DNA from: Nanobdellota archaeon
Lineage (GTDB): Archaea > Nanobdellota > Nanobdellia > Pacearchaeales > GW2011-AR1
Direction: 5' to 3'
Assembly: GCA_038044925.1 (NCBI GenBank)
Contig: JBBSZC010000004.1
Coordinates: 11,166-75,165, forward strand
DNA: 64,000 bases
Shown: piece after piece, positions 44,790 through 54,937 of the stretch
How the letters are laid out: each line of letters starts with the position of its first letter
How positions within the stretch are numbered: the stretch's first letter is position 1
Position numbers and translations under genes: made by a program
The notes under the pieces: model-generated
What the model was told of the DNA's origin: nothing
What the model saw: only the letters and a program-made list of their open reading frames with translations
Databases searched by the model: none

Positions 44790-45176
44790 ATGGAAAAAGA
44801 AAAAACAATAAAACAAGAGAAAGGGAAAAAGATAGTCGAAACTCCAAACAACATTTGTAATGATGTAGACTGCCACATTCATGGAAATTTAAAGGCAAGG
44901 GGAAAGACTTTTGAAGGAACTGTTATCAAAAAATTCCCTAAGAGAATTGTAATAGAGTTTGAAAGAAGCATTTATGTAAAAAAATACGAGAGATATTCTA
45001 AATCAAGAACAAGAATTCATGCAAGACTCCCAAAATGCATGGAAGATTCGATGAAAATAGGAGATTATATTAAAGTTCAAGAATGCAGACCTTTAAGCAA
45101 GATAATCCATTTTGTAGCAATAGAAAAAATAAAAGATGCTCAAGATAAATTAAATTTAAGAGATAAAGGAAAATGA
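44790..45176 (+). CDS. rps17: ribosomal protein S17 (uS17)
   Basis: Family similarity. Confidence 0.8.
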   Translation: MEKEKTIKQEKGKKIVETPNNICNDVDCHIHGNLKARGKTFEGTVIKKFPKRIVIEFERSIYVKKYERYSKSRTRIHARLPKCMEDSMKIGDYIKVQECRPLSKIIHFVAIEKIKDAQDKLNLRDKGK

Positions 45177-45574
45177 AAGCTGTATCAGCAAGAACAACAG
45201 CAGGATTGAATTTAGGCTCGTTAATGGTAGCTGCAGATAATAGCGGAGCAAAAGTTGTTAAAATAACAGGAGTAAAAAAATCAAAGGCTAAAAAAGGAAA
45301 ACAGACTAATGCTAAAGTTGCTGACTGGATTAAAGTATCTATAAGAAAAGGAATTCCAGAAATGAAGGGAAAAGTGTTTGATGCTGTTATTGTAAGGCAG
45401 AAAAAATCTTATAGAAGATTAACAGGAGAAAGAGTTGCATTTGAAGATAATGCTGTCGCAATACTCAAGGATGAAAAAGGAAACCCAAAAGGAACGCAAA
45501 TAAAGGGCCCTATTGCAAGGGAGGTTTTAGAGCGATGGGCGCAAGTTGCTAAAATCGCCTCTATAATTTATTAA
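45173..45574 (+). CDS. rpl14: ribosomal protein L14 (uL14)
   Basis: Family similarity. Confidence 0.85.
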   Translation: MKAVSARTTAGLNLGSLMVAADNSGAKVVKITGVKKSKAKKGKQTNAKVADWIKVSIRKGIPEMKGKVFDAVIVRQKKSYRRLTGERVAFEDNAVAILKDEKGNPKGTQIKGPIAREVLERWAQVAKIASIIY

Positions 45575-45575
45575 A

Positions 45576-45794
45576 ATGAAAAAAGAACAAGAATATCTAC
45601 CAGAATATTATGAAGAGATACCATATAATGAAGTACTTAGGGAATTTCGAAAGGGACTCCTGGAAGATTTAGGACAATCAGAACCGAAATACCTGATAGG
45701 AGCACTCGTCGATTTAATTGGATCATTTTTAGGGCATGAAATAATGAGGGGTTTAAATAAACATTTTCCTAATCAATCAAGAGGTCAAAAATGA
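45576..45794 (+). CDS. hypothetical small protein inserted between L14 and L24
   Basis: 72-aa ORF tightly packed between the neighbours. Confidence 0.35.
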   Translation: MKKEQEYLPEYYEEIPYNEVLREFRKGLLEDLGQSEPKYLIGALVDLIGSFLGHEIMRGLNKHFPNQSRGQK

Positions 45795-46246
45795 AGAAAG
45801 ATTTTTCAAAATCGTGGAAATCAAGCAAACAACCGAGAAAACAGAGAAAATACCTGGCAAAAGCCCCGTTGCACTTAAGAAGAAAATTTTTGAGCGCTAA
45901 TCTCGCGAAAGATCTTAGAAAAAAACATGGAAGAAGAAACATAGAAATAAGAAAAAATGACAAAGTTAAGATTATGAGGGGAAAATTCAGGGGCAAACAA
46001 GGAAAAGTCTTAAAAGTTAATTCAAAAAAACAAAGAGCATATGTAGAAGGAATGCAAGTTAAGAAACACGACGGAAGCAAGGCTAATGTTTCTATTGCTA
46101 TTTCAAATTTGCAGATAATTGAATTAAACTTGGATGATAAAATGAGAATCAAACAGAGCTCTCTTTTGAAAAAAGAGGCTTCAGAGATGGAAAAGGAAAA
46201 CAGAAAAGAAAAATTAAAGGAAGAAAATAAGGGGAAAGATAAATAA
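45791..46246 (+). CDS. rpl24: ribosomal protein L24 (uL24) with Lys/Glu-rich tail
   Basis: KOW motif. Confidence 0.85.
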   Translation: MKKDFSKSWKSSKQPRKQRKYLAKAPLHLRRKFLSANLAKDLRKKHGRRNIEIRKNDKVKIMRGKFRGKQGKVLKVNSKKQRAYVEGMQVKKHDGSKANVSIAISNLQIIELNLDDKMRIKQSSLLKKEASEMEKENRKEKLKEENKGKDK

Positions 46247-46247
46247 A

Positions 46248-46898
46248 ATGTACTTAAAAAGACAAGCAACTCCAAGAAGCTGGCCAATACCAAGAAAGGG
46301 TACAGCCTATGTAGTAAGGCCTAAATCTGATTTAACAAATGGAATCCCTACATTAATAGTCCTGAGAGATATGTTGAAAATAACAAGAAATAGAAATGAA
46401 GCAAAGAAATCATTAAGATTAAAACAAATAAAAATAAATGGAAAAATTGTTTTTGATGATAGAAGACCATTAAAGCTTTTTGATATATTAACAATTATCC
46501 CTATTCAAAAAAATTATAGATTATCTTTGGATGAAAAAGGAAAATTCAAATTAGAAGAAGTAAAAGATAAAGAGGCTGAGAGGAAAATTGTGAAAGTAAT
46601 AAATAAGAAAACATTAAAAAATAAAAAAATACAATTGAATTTCAGCGACGGAACAAATAGCATTTCACATATAAAATGCAATGTAGGTGATTCCGTAATT
46701 GTTTATTTTAAAGATAATAAAATAGAGAAATGCTTGGAATTAAAAGAAAGGGTGGATGTTTTAGTTATAGGTGGAAAACATATAGGAGCTCATGGAAAAA
46801 TAGAAAAATTAGATAACAAGCAAAAAATGGTAGAGTTAAATACTAAAGAGGATAAGAAAATAAATGTGCTAATTAAACAAATAATAATTATCGAATAA
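46248..46898 (+). CDS. rps4e: ribosomal protein S4e (eS4)
   Basis: Family similarity. Confidence 0.85.
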   Translation: MYLKRQATPRSWPIPRKGTAYVVRPKSDLTNGIPTLIVLRDMLKITRNRNEAKKSLRLKQIKINGKIVFDDRRPLKLFDILTIIPIQKNYRLSLDEKGKFKLEEVKDKEAERKIVKVINKKTLKNKKIQLNFSDGTNSISHIKCNVGDSVIVYFKDNKIEKCLELKERVDVLVIGGKHIGAHGKIEKLDNKQKMVELNTKEDKKINVLIKQIIIIE

Positions 46899-46899
46899 T

Positions 46900-47403
46900 A
46901 TGGATAAACAAAACCCAATTTTAAAAGTAGAGATAGAGAAAGTTGTTCTAAGTTTAGGCGGAACTGCAGAAAATTTAGAGAAGGGGGTTAAATTGCTAAA
47001 AATTATTACTGGAAAAAAACCAGCAAAGATGAAATCCAAAAAAAGAATCCCTGCATTTGGAGTGAGGCCTGGTTTGGAAGTTGGGGCTGTTGTAACAATA
47101 AGAAAAAATTTTGAAGAATTGCTTAAAAGAATGCTGGCAGCAGAAGAGAATGAGATAAGAAGAAAACAAATAAGTGAAAATTCATTTTCCTTTGGAATTA
47201 AAGAGTATATAGAAATACCTGGAATTGAATATCAGAGAGATATTGGAATTATGGGGTTGGATGTAACTGTTGTTTTTAGGAGAATAGGGGGGAGGGTTAA
47301 ACTAAAAAAAATAAAGACTGGGAAGGTCTCTAAAAAACAAAATATTTCCAAAGAAAAAATAATTAAATTTATGGAAGACAATTTCCAGACAAAATTTGTA
47401 TAA
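46900..47403 (+). CDS. rpl5: ribosomal protein L5 (uL5)
   Basis: Family similarity. Confidence 0.85.
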   Translation: MDKQNPILKVEIEKVVLSLGGTAENLEKGVKLLKIITGKKPAKMKSKKRIPAFGVRPGLEVGAVVTIRKNFEELLKRMLAAEENEIRRKQISENSFSFGIKEYIEIPGIEYQRDIGIMGLDVTVVFRRIGGRVKLKKIKTGKVSKKQNISKEKIIKFMEDNFQTKFV

Positions 47404-47411
47404 AAATTAAA

Positions 47412-47642
47412 ATGACTGCAAGTGATTGGAAAAAAATATTGAAGCAATTGAAGAACAAACCTGCAGTTGCACAGAAATTCCTAAAACACAACAAGCCTAA
47501 AGAAAGAAAATATGGAATAAGTGTAAATAAATGCGAAAGATGCGGGAGATTTGGAGCACATATAGGAGCATATAATTTGAACCTATGCAGACACTGCTTC
47601 AGAGAAATAGCAAAGGAAATTGGATTTAAAAAATATTCATAA
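47412..47642 (+). CDS. rps14: ribosomal protein S14 (uS14, zinc type)
   Basis: CERCGRFGAHIGAYNLNLCRHCFRE. Confidence 0.8.
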   Translation: MTASDWKKILKQLKNKPAVAQKFLKHNKPKERKYGISVNKCERCGRFGAHIGAYNLNLCRHCFREIAKEIGFKKYS

Positions 47643-47659
47643 AATACAAGGAGAATAAG

Positions 47660-48040
47660 ATGTCACAAGATATAATTGCTGATGCATTAAACAAGATAAA
47701 AAACGCAAAGAATGCAAGAAAGGATAAGGTAAAAATAACCCATATCTCAAATTTCTTAATTGAAATTTTCAAAATAATGAAGCAGAGGGAAGCAATAAAA
47801 AATTATAAGATAAATGGAAAAGAAAAAAGCATAGAAATAACAATTGGAGATATTCTTGATTGCAGGGCTATAAAGCCGAGATTTACTATAAAGAAAGATC
47901 AGATTGAAAAATACATAAGAAGATATCTTCCAGCAAGAGGAATTGGAACAATAATAGTGTCTACAAATAAAGGATTAATAACCCATGAAGAGGCAATAGA
48001 ACAAAACATAGGAGGATGCTTGATAGCATATTTCTATTAA
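47660..48040 (+). CDS. rps8: ribosomal protein S8 (uS8)
   Basis: Family similarity. Confidence 0.85.
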   Translation: MSQDIIADALNKIKNAKNARKDKVKITHISNFLIEIFKIMKQREAIKNYKINGKEKSIEITIGDILDCRAIKPRFTIKKDQIEKYIRRYLPARGIGTIIVSTNKGLITHEEAIEQNIGGCLIAYFY

Positions 48041-48041
48041 A

Positions 48042-48584
48042 ATGAAAAAAGAATTATCGCAAGAAATTGAAATACCCTTGGGAGTTGAGGTTAGTATAGA
48101 TAAAAATGTCATAAAAGTAAAAGGGAAACTTGGAGAAAACAAAAAAGAATTTCAAATTGGCAAGGCAAAAATAGAGAAAAAAGACAATAAAATAATAATT
48201 GAATGCAAAAAATCTTCCAAAAAAGAAAAGAGACTTATGAATACAACAATAAAACACATAAAAAATATGATTCATGGAGTCCAGGAAAAATTTGAATACA
48301 CATTAAAAGTATGTTTCTCGCACTTCCCAATGGGTGTTGAAGTTAAAGAAAATGAAGCAATTGTCAAAAATTTCTTAGGAGAAAAAATATCAAGAAAAGT
48401 ACAAATACTTCCGGGAGCAGAAGTCGAAATTAAAAAAGACATTATAATTGTAAAATCAATAAACAAAGAAATAGCAGGACAAACTGCAGCTAATTTTGAA
48501 AAGGCTACTATTGTTCCCAGAAAAGACAGGAGAACTTTCCAAGATGGAATATTTATAACTAATAAAGCTGGGAGGGAAATGTAA
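48042..48584 (+). CDS. rpl6: ribosomal protein L6 (uL6)
   Basis: Family similarity. Confidence 0.85.
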   Translation: MKKELSQEIEIPLGVEVSIDKNVIKVKGKLGENKKEFQIGKAKIEKKDNKIIIECKKSSKKEKRLMNTTIKHIKNMIHGVQEKFEYTLKVCFSHFPMGVEVKENEAIVKNFLGEKISRKVQILPGAEVEIKKDIIIVKSINKEIAGQTAANFEKATIVPRKDRRTFQDGIFITNKAGREM

Positions 48585-49036
48585 TGAAATTTATAAGAAG
48601 AAACTATAAGAGACATCCTAGTATAGGAAAAGGTAGAAAGAAAAAGCATATCTGGAGAAAACCTAAAGGAAGGGACAATAAAATGAGAGAGAAAAGAAGA
48701 GGTTATCCTGCAACAGTCAGCATAGGATATGGAAATTCTAGAAAACTCAAAGGAAAGATCAATGAAAAAACACCTATAGTTGTAATTACCCTTAAAGATT
48801 TAGAGAAAATAGGAAAAGACTCAATAGCGATTTTAGGGAATATAGGAAATAAGAAAAAAATAGAAATTGTAAAAAAAGCAAATGAGAAGAAAATAGAAAT
48901 ATTTAATTTGAATATAAAAAAATTCCTGAAAAAAATTGAAAGGAAAATAAATCAAAAGAAAGAAGCAGAAAAAAATTCTGAAAAAAAGCCAGAACAAAAA
49001 GCAAAGAAAGATATTAAGGAGGATAAGAAAGAATGA
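48584..49036 (+). CDS. rpl32e: ribosomal protein L32e (eL32)
   Basis: Family similarity. Confidence 0.8.
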   Translation: MKFIRRNYKRHPSIGKGRKKKHIWRKPKGRDNKMREKRRGYPATVSIGYGNSRKLKGKINEKTPIVVITLKDLEKIGKDSIAILGNIGNKKKIEIVKKANEKKIEIFNLNIKKFLKKIERKINQKKEAEKNSEKKPEQKAKKDIKEDKKE

Positions 49037-49437
49037 ACCTGTCTAAGAAAAAGGCCCTGGCAGTTAGAACATTTGGGGTTGGAAAAGAAAGAATAATGTT
49101 TGTAAAATCAAGATTGGATGAGATAAAAGAAGCAATAACAAAGCAAGATATAAGGGATTTGGTTCGTGAAGGAGCAATAATAATAAAAAGAATAAAGGGA
49201 AGGAAAGGAGTAAATAAAAGAAAATCAAGAAGCCCTGGAAATATAAGAAAAATAGCGAGAAGCTCTAAAAGAGAATATATATTGAGCACAAGAAAGTTAA
49301 GAAGATTTGCAAATGAAATGAAAAAACAAGAAAAAATAACTAAAGATGAATCAAATGAAATAAGGAAAAAAATAAGAAATAGAATATTCAAAAGCAAAGC
49401 ACATTTAAAGGAATATATACAGGAGTTAACGAAGTAA
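49033..49437 (+). CDS. rpl19e: ribosomal protein L19e (eL19)
   Basis: Family similarity. Confidence 0.8.
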   Translation: MNLSKKKALAVRTFGVGKERIMFVKSRLDEIKEAITKQDIRDLVREGAIIIKRIKGRKGVNKRKSRSPGNIRKIARSSKREYILSTRKLRRFANEMKKQEKITKDESNEIRKKIRNRIFKSKAHLKEYIQELTK

Positions 49438-49453
49438 ATCGTGTTTAATTAAA

Positions 49454-49963
49454 ATGAAAAAAACATTTAAAAGAAGAAGAAAAGAAGAAAAAACAGATTA
49501 TGGAAAGAGATTAAAGCTATTGAAAGCCGGGGCTCCAAGATTAATATTTAGAAAGACAAATAGATATATTATAGCCCAGTATGTAGAAAGCAAGCAGGCC
49601 CAAGACAAAGTTGTTTTTGGATTAGATTCCAGGAAATTGCTTAACCATGGTTGGGCTGAAGAAATGAGTGGAAGTTTAAAATCTATAACTGCAGCATATT
49701 TAACTGGTTTGCTTGCAGGAAAAACTATTTTAAATGATAAATTGAAAACTCCTATACTTGACATTGGTATGATAAGAAGTACTCCTAAATCAAAAGTTTA
49801 TGGGTTTCTTAAAGGAGTTATAGATGCAGGAGTAAAAATGGAATTCAATAAAAACAAAGAAATTTTTCCAAGTGAAGACAGCATAAAAGGAAAAAATTTG
49901 AAAAATAAAATATACGGCCAGTTCGATAAAATTAAATCCAATATAGTTAAGGGAGAGAAATAA
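49454..49963 (+). CDS. rpl18: ribosomal protein L18 (uL18)
   Basis: Family similarity. Confidence 0.85.
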   Translation: MKKTFKRRRKEEKTDYGKRLKLLKAGAPRLIFRKTNRYIIAQYVESKQAQDKVVFGLDSRKLLNHGWAEEMSGSLKSITAAYLTGLLAGKTILNDKLKTPILDIGMIRSTPKSKVYGFLKGVIDAGVKMEFNKNKEIFPSEDSIKGKNLKNKIYGQFDKIKSNIVKGEK

Positions 49964-49965
49964 AA

Positions 49966-50712
49966 ATGTCAGAAAAAAATAATCTTGAAGAAATTGAAAT
50001 GATTAAAGAACCTATAGAGTTAATCGAAAAACAGTTAATTAAAGAAATACCTGTAAAAAAAGAAGTAGAAAAAATTGTTTCTTGGACTCCAAAAACAAAA
50101 CTTGGCAGAAGGGTAAGAGCTGGAGAAATAAAAAATATAAATGAAATTCTTGATAATGATATGAAAATACTTGAGGTAGAAATAGTTGATTCTTTATTAG
50201 ATTTAAAATCAGATTTAATATTAATTGGACAGTCAAAGGGAAAATTTGGAGGGGGAAAAAGAAGGGCTTGGAAACAAACTCAAAGAAAAACAAAAGAGGG
50301 GAATATTCCTACATTCTCTGCAATGGTAGTTGTTGGAGACGAAAACGGGCATGTTGGGGTTGGAAGCGGAAGAGCGAGTGAAACTCTTCCTGCAAGAGAT
50401 AAATCTTTAAGAAAAGCAAAATTAAATATCTTTAAAGTAAACAGGGCTTGTTCAAGTTTTGATTGTTCTTGCAGTGAAAAACACACTATTCCATTTAAAG
50501 TTACTGGAAAATCAGGAAGTGTTGAGGTTAATTTAATTCCTGCACCGCAAGGAACAGGATTAGTTGTCGCAAGAGAACTAAAAAAAGTATTAAGCCTTGC
50601 TGGAATTAAAGATTGTTATAGTAAAACTTTTGGAAGCAGAAGAACAACTGCTAATCTTGTTAAAGCTTGTGTGGATGCTCTTAAAAAAGCTTCAAGGAGA
50701 TCTAAAAAATGA
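49966..50712 (+). CDS. rps5: ribosomal protein S5 (uS5)
   Basis: Family similarity. Confidence 0.85.
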   Translation: MSEKNNLEEIEMIKEPIELIEKQLIKEIPVKKEVEKIVSWTPKTKLGRRVRAGEIKNINEILDNDMKILEVEIVDSLLDLKSDLILIGQSKGKFGGGKRRAWKQTQRKTKEGNIPTFSAMVVVGDENGHVGVGSGRASETLPARDKSLRKAKLNIFKVNRACSSFDCSCSEKHTIPFKVTGKSGSVEVNLIPAPQGTGLVVARELKKVLSLAGIKDCYSKTFGSRRTTANLVKACVDALKKASRRSKK

Positions 50713-50978
50713 AAACAGGAAAAATGGTTAAAATAGGGGAAGATGAATTTGAAGATGAACGAATTGTTTTTGATGTACTTAGAATCCCAGTTAATGCCTT
50801 AGAAACTAGTCTAAATAAGATCAGGAGTATAGATGAGAAAAAAAATTTCTTTGAATATGTAGAAGCAGCATTTGAATATATTAAAAAAAGAGATATTGTA
50901 AGGAAATTTAATTTATTATCAAAAGAAACTGTTCGCCAATATAATAAACAATATAGTGAGATAGTTTTTGGAGTTTAA
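50709..50978 (+). CDS. hypothetical small protein inserted between S5 and L30
   Basis: 89-aa ORF overlapping the S5 stop. Confidence 0.35.
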   Translation: MKTGKMVKIGEDEFEDERIVFDVLRIPVNALETSLNKIRSIDEKKNFFEYVEAAFEYIKKRDIVRKFNLLSKETVRQYNKQYSEIVFGV

Positions 50979-50979
50979 A

Positions 50980-51402
50980 ATGATAGCCATAATAAGAATA
51001 AGGGGGCAGGTGGGAGTTGATAGAAATATAAAAGAAACTCTCTCGAGATTAAGATTAAGAAGAAAATTTATATGTATTGTTCTAATCAAACCTGGAAAAG
51101 AAAAATTAGGCATGGTTAAAAAATTAAGAGATTTTGTTGCTTTTGGAGATATTAAAGAAGATACATTCCAAAAATTAATGGAAAAAAGAGGAAGATTAAT
51201 TGATAAAACTAAAAAAACTGATTTGAAAACTGCAACAAGAGAATTAATTGCTGGAAAAAAGGATTATGAAGAATTGAATATAAAGCCTTTTTTCAGGCTT
51301 CATCCACCAAGAGGAGGAATAGATTCAAAGATACATTTTCCTAAAGGAGTTTTGGGCGATAATGGAGAAGAAATAAATAAATTAATAGAGAGAATGCTGT
51401 AA
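50980..51402 (+). CDS. rpl30: ribosomal protein L30 (uL30)
   Basis: MIAIIRIRGQVGV start. Confidence 0.8.
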   Translation: MIAIIRIRGQVGVDRNIKETLSRLRLRRKFICIVLIKPGKEKLGMVKKLRDFVAFGDIKEDTFQKLMEKRGRLIDKTKKTDLKTATRELIAGKKDYEELNIKPFFRLHPPRGGIDSKIHFPKGVLGDNGEEINKLIERML

Positions 51403-51403
51403 A

Positions 51404-51898
51404 ATGACAATCAAAACACACAAAACAAGAAAGTCCAAAAAGATGCGTGGGAGAAAAGCAGGAACTCATGGATGGGGTGCTAGAAAGAAACATAAGAAAA
51501 AGGGGCATAGGGGCGGAAAAGGAATGGCTGGAACAGGAAAAAGAGCAGACCAAAAGAAAACATTAATAACTAAACTCTATGGAAATAATTATTTTGGAAA
51601 ACAAGGAATAACAAGCAGGGGAACAGAGAAAGATAAGAGAAAAAGAATAAACTTGCAGACTGTTGAAGACAATCTTGATAATTATGTTAGAAAAGGAATT
51701 GCTAAAAAAACAAAAGATGGATTTGAAATAAATCTTAAAGGATATAAAATTCTTGGAGATGGGGAAATAAGAAACAAATTAATTATAAAAGCAAAAGAAG
51801 CTTCAGAAAGTTCAATTGATAAAGTAAAAAAGGCTGGTGGAGAAATATATATTGATAAAAAAGTAGTGAAAGAAAAGATAGATTCATCTGCTGAATAG
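51404..51898 (+). CDS. rpl15: ribosomal protein L15 (uL15)
   Basis: Family similarity. Confidence 0.85.
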   Translation: MTIKTHKTRKSKKMRGRKAGTHGWGARKKHKKKGHRGGKGMAGTGKRADQKKTLITKLYGNNYFGKQGITSRGTEKDKRKRINLQTVEDNLDNYVRKGIAKKTKDGFEINLKGYKILGDGEIRNKLIIKAKEASESSIDKVKKAGGEIYIDKKVVKEKIDSSAE

Positions 51899-51900
51899 TT

Positions 51901-52077
51901 GATAAAAAATGGCGATAAAGAAAACAGGCAACACCAAAAACTATAAGTTTTTGGATGCCCCAAGAATTATAAATTCTTGCGGTTTTCTAATCAGCCATTT
52001 TAAAATAAAAAATATGATAAAAAATGGCGATAAAGAAAACAGGCAATTTTCTAATCAGCCATTTTAAAATAAAAAAT
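51901..52077 (+). repeat. two 31-nt units (U1 at 51901 and 52016; U2 at 51983 and 52047), each duplicated upstream of secY; the second U2 copy forms a 13-bp hairpin with the secY start
   Basis: Exact 31/31 duplicates; AATCAGCCATTTT...AAAATGGCTGATT spans the ATG at 52076. Confidence 0.7.
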
Positions 52078-53554
52078 GGCTGATTTAAGAAATATATTTA
52101 ACTTCATTCCAGAAGTTACAAAACCCGAGGAAAAAAAATTAAGTTTTAATACTAAACTTAAGTGGACTCTTGTGATATTAGTCGCTTTTTTTGTTCTTGC
52201 TAATGTTCCTCTTTATGGATTGTCAAATAATGCCCTCGAGAGATTTAAATACTTAGCTATAATCCTTGGAACAGATTTTGGAAGTATTATTTCTTTAGGT
52301 ATTGGCCCTATAGTTATGGCTTCTATTATACTGCAGTTATTAACTGGTGCAGAAATTTTAAAGATAGATACATCTTCAGAAGAAGGAAGAAAATTTTTCC
52401 AAGGAATTCAAAAATTATTAGTTTTATTTTTCATAATCTTTGAAGCATTGGTTTATGTATTAATGCAAGGACTTCAAGCAATGCCTGGATTAGCTCCTAT
52501 AGTTATAGCTCAATTAATTTTAGGAGGATTAGCAATCTTTTATATGGATGAAGTTACAACTAAATGGGGATTTGGTTCAGGAGTTAGTCTATTTATTGGA
52601 GCAGGAGTTTCATGGAGATTAATCACCTCAGCATTCCAGTTTATAAATCAGCAAGGAGAAAATTGCCTTTTGAATTTTTCTGGGACTGCTTGCAGCGGTA
52701 AGTTTTTTGTAATGATACAATCCATAATAAATAATGCTCCTACAGAATTTATATCTGCATTAGCTGCTGTTCTTGTAACAGCTATAATATTTTTAATTAT
52801 TGTATGGGTTCAGTCTTTAAAGGTTGAAATTCCTTTAAGTTTTGGAAGAATAAGGGGCTATTCTGTCAAGTGGCCTTTATCATTTTTTTATGCTTCTGTT
52901 ATTCCAGTAATATTAACTGCAGCATTAATTGCAAATTTGCAGTTGCTTGGAGGAATAGTAGAAAATGCTGCTTCCATCTGCATTAATCCAGAAATTGCAT
53001 CTAATATAACAAATGCAACAATTTCTGAAGGATGTACAGGAATAGCAAAGGTATCTTCGTATTTCACTTTTTTAGGGCATTTTATTAATGGGCAAGCAGT
53101 TTCAGGTTTTGCTTTCTGGTTAGGTTCCACTGATATTTTGCAATTGACTCTAAAGGGGGGGTTTTTGTGGATATATCTGCTTCAATCAATAACGCATATA
53201 TTCTTTTTTGTTTTGTTTTCAACAGTGTTTGCTATATTTTGGGTTAAAACATCTGGAATGGATTCAAAGGCGCAAGCAAATAAAATAGCTGCGTCTGGGC
53301 TGCAAATTGCTGGATTCAGACAAGATAATAGGGTTTTAGAAAGTATATTAGACAGGTACATCATGCCTTTAACAGTGATGGGAGGAATTGCCGTTGGTTT
53401 ATTGGCTGCTATTAGTGATTTATTAGGTGCTTTGGTTGGAGGAACTGCAATACTGCTAGTTATTATGATAATGTTCCAGTTCTACCAGAATATTGCTAAA
53501 GAGCACCAAGTAGATATGAATCCTTCTGTAAGAAAATTTATTAGCGGTGCATGA
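52076..53554 (+). CDS. secY: preprotein translocase SecY
   Basis: 10-TM SecY family; follows L15. Confidence 0.9.
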   Translation: MADLRNIFNFIPEVTKPEEKKLSFNTKLKWTLVILVAFFVLANVPLYGLSNNALERFKYLAIILGTDFGSIISLGIGPIVMASIILQLLTGAEILKIDTSSEEGRKFFQGIQKLLVLFFIIFEALVYVLMQGLQAMPGLAPIVIAQLILGGLAIFYMDEVTTKWGFGSGVSLFIGAGVSWRLITSAFQFINQQGENCLLNFSGTACSGKFFVMIQSIINNAPTEFISALAAVLVTAIIFLIIVWVQSLKVEIPLSFGRIRGYSVKWPLSFFYASVIPVILTAALIANLQLLGGIVENAASICINPEIASNITNATISEGCTGIAKVSSYFTFLGHFINGQAVSGFAFWLGSTDILQLTLKGGFLWIYLLQSITHIFFFVLFSTVFAIFWVKTSGMDSKAQANKIAASGLQIAGFRQDNRVLESILDRYIMPLTVMGGIAVGLLAAISDLLGALVGGTAILLVIMIMFQFYQNIAKEHQVDMNPSVRKFISGA

Positions 53555-53816
53555 GAATAAGAAAAAATATTGATCTTCGTAAAAATGAGCTAATATTAAA
53601 CACTCTATAAATTAATTATATAGTCAAGGACGCTGAAATTTATCTATTTGCGCCTTGACTATTGAGGGAAAGTCATACAATTTTGGTCAATTATTTACGA
53701 CTTTCACTATATTTCAAAATTAATTAATCTGCGAACTAAGTGAGCAAAAATAATGATAAAGTGTTTTAGCTGTAAGTATATATAACATTTAAAAATGCCT
53801 GTTCGCTATTTTAAAG

Positions 53817-54353
53817 ATGGATAAAAAAGGAAGTTTCAAGCTTATATTTTTAGTAATGATTCTTTCAATAGTAATTGCAGGTTTATGGAATTCTATTCCC
53901 GCAATAAAAAATTCTGTGCATGCAATTTTAGATCCTAGTGCTGGAAAATTATTAAATTGGAATGTTACCTATGGGATGTTAATAGCAGTTTTTATTATAA
54001 CTTTAATCTCTACATTAGTGCAAAAGTATGGAACTAATCAAGCAGAAATAAGAAGACTGAAAAAAGAACAGAAAGATATTAATGAAAGGGCAAAACAATT
54101 AAAAGATAATCCTGAAAAAATGATGGAAGTGCAGAAGGAATTAATGCCTTTAACAGGAGAATTGATGAAACACAGCATGAGGCCTTTAATTTTTACAGCT
54201 GTGCCGTTTGTCTTGTTCTTTAGATGGTTTGCAGATTATTTTGCTATTATGCCTGACTTTAAGTTTTTTGGATTTTTTTCTTGGTTTTGGTTTTACCTTT
54301 TATCTGCAATAATTATCAGCATGATTCTAAGAAAATTTTTAAAAGTAGAATAA
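53817..54353 (+). CDS. DUF106 (EMC3/TMCO1-like; archaeal YidC/Oxa1-type insertase homolog)
   Basis: Three-TM topology with an intervening coiled coil; typical position downstream of secY. Confidence 0.6.
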   Translation: MDKKGSFKLIFLVMILSIVIAGLWNSIPAIKNSVHAILDPSAGKLLNWNVTYGMLIAVFIITLISTLVQKYGTNQAEIRRLKKEQKDINERAKQLKDNPEKMMEVQKELMPLTGELMKHSMRPLIFTAVPFVLFFRWFADYFAIMPDFKFFGFFSWFWFYLLSAIIISMILRKFLKVE

Positions 54354-54404
54354 GGAAAAATTCCTATACACAAGCTTTTTAACCCCTAATTTTTTTAGTT
54401 CTGA

Positions 54405-54815
54405 ATGAATAAAGAAGAATTAATTTATAAGATAGGGATTTTAGAACAGCAATCAGAGCAATTGCAAAGGCAACTGCAAATGATAGAACAAAGCTTTAAT
54501 GAACTATCCAAATTAAAAATAGATTTAGAAGATTTAAAAAATTCTAAGGGCAAAGAAATAATGGCTCCTATTGGGAGAGGAATATTCATAAAATCTAAAA
54601 TAATAGAAGAGAATCTTTTAGTAGATATAGGAAGCAAAAATCTTGTTGTAAAAAGCATTGCTGAAACCCAAGAACTCATTCAAGAGCAAATAAAAAAACT
54701 CCATGAAGTCCAAGAATTTATGAATTCTTCATTGCATGAACTGGGGCATGAAATGGAAAAGGCGGTTGAAGAAATCCAAAAAGAAATTGAAGGAAAAAGA
54801 GAAAAAAGTGAATAA
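54405..54815 (+). CDS. pfdA: prefoldin alpha subunit
   Basis: Coiled coil, two beta hairpins (MAPIGRGIFIKSKI...DIGSKNLVVKS), coiled coil. Confidence 0.7.
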   Translation: MNKEELIYKIGILEQQSEQLQRQLQMIEQSFNELSKLKIDLEDLKNSKGKEIMAPIGRGIFIKSKIIEENLLVDIGSKNLVVKSIAETQELIQEQIKKLHEVQEFMNSSLHELGHEMEKAVEEIQKEIEGKREKSE

Positions 54816-54937
54816 ATATAGAAAAAATAGTTATCGCCTTTTTTATTATAGAATAGTTATAATGTGCTTATTATATCCAAAAATTATTTATATATTTTTA
54901 TTAAAATGCTTAACCTAAAAACATAAAAACCAATAAA

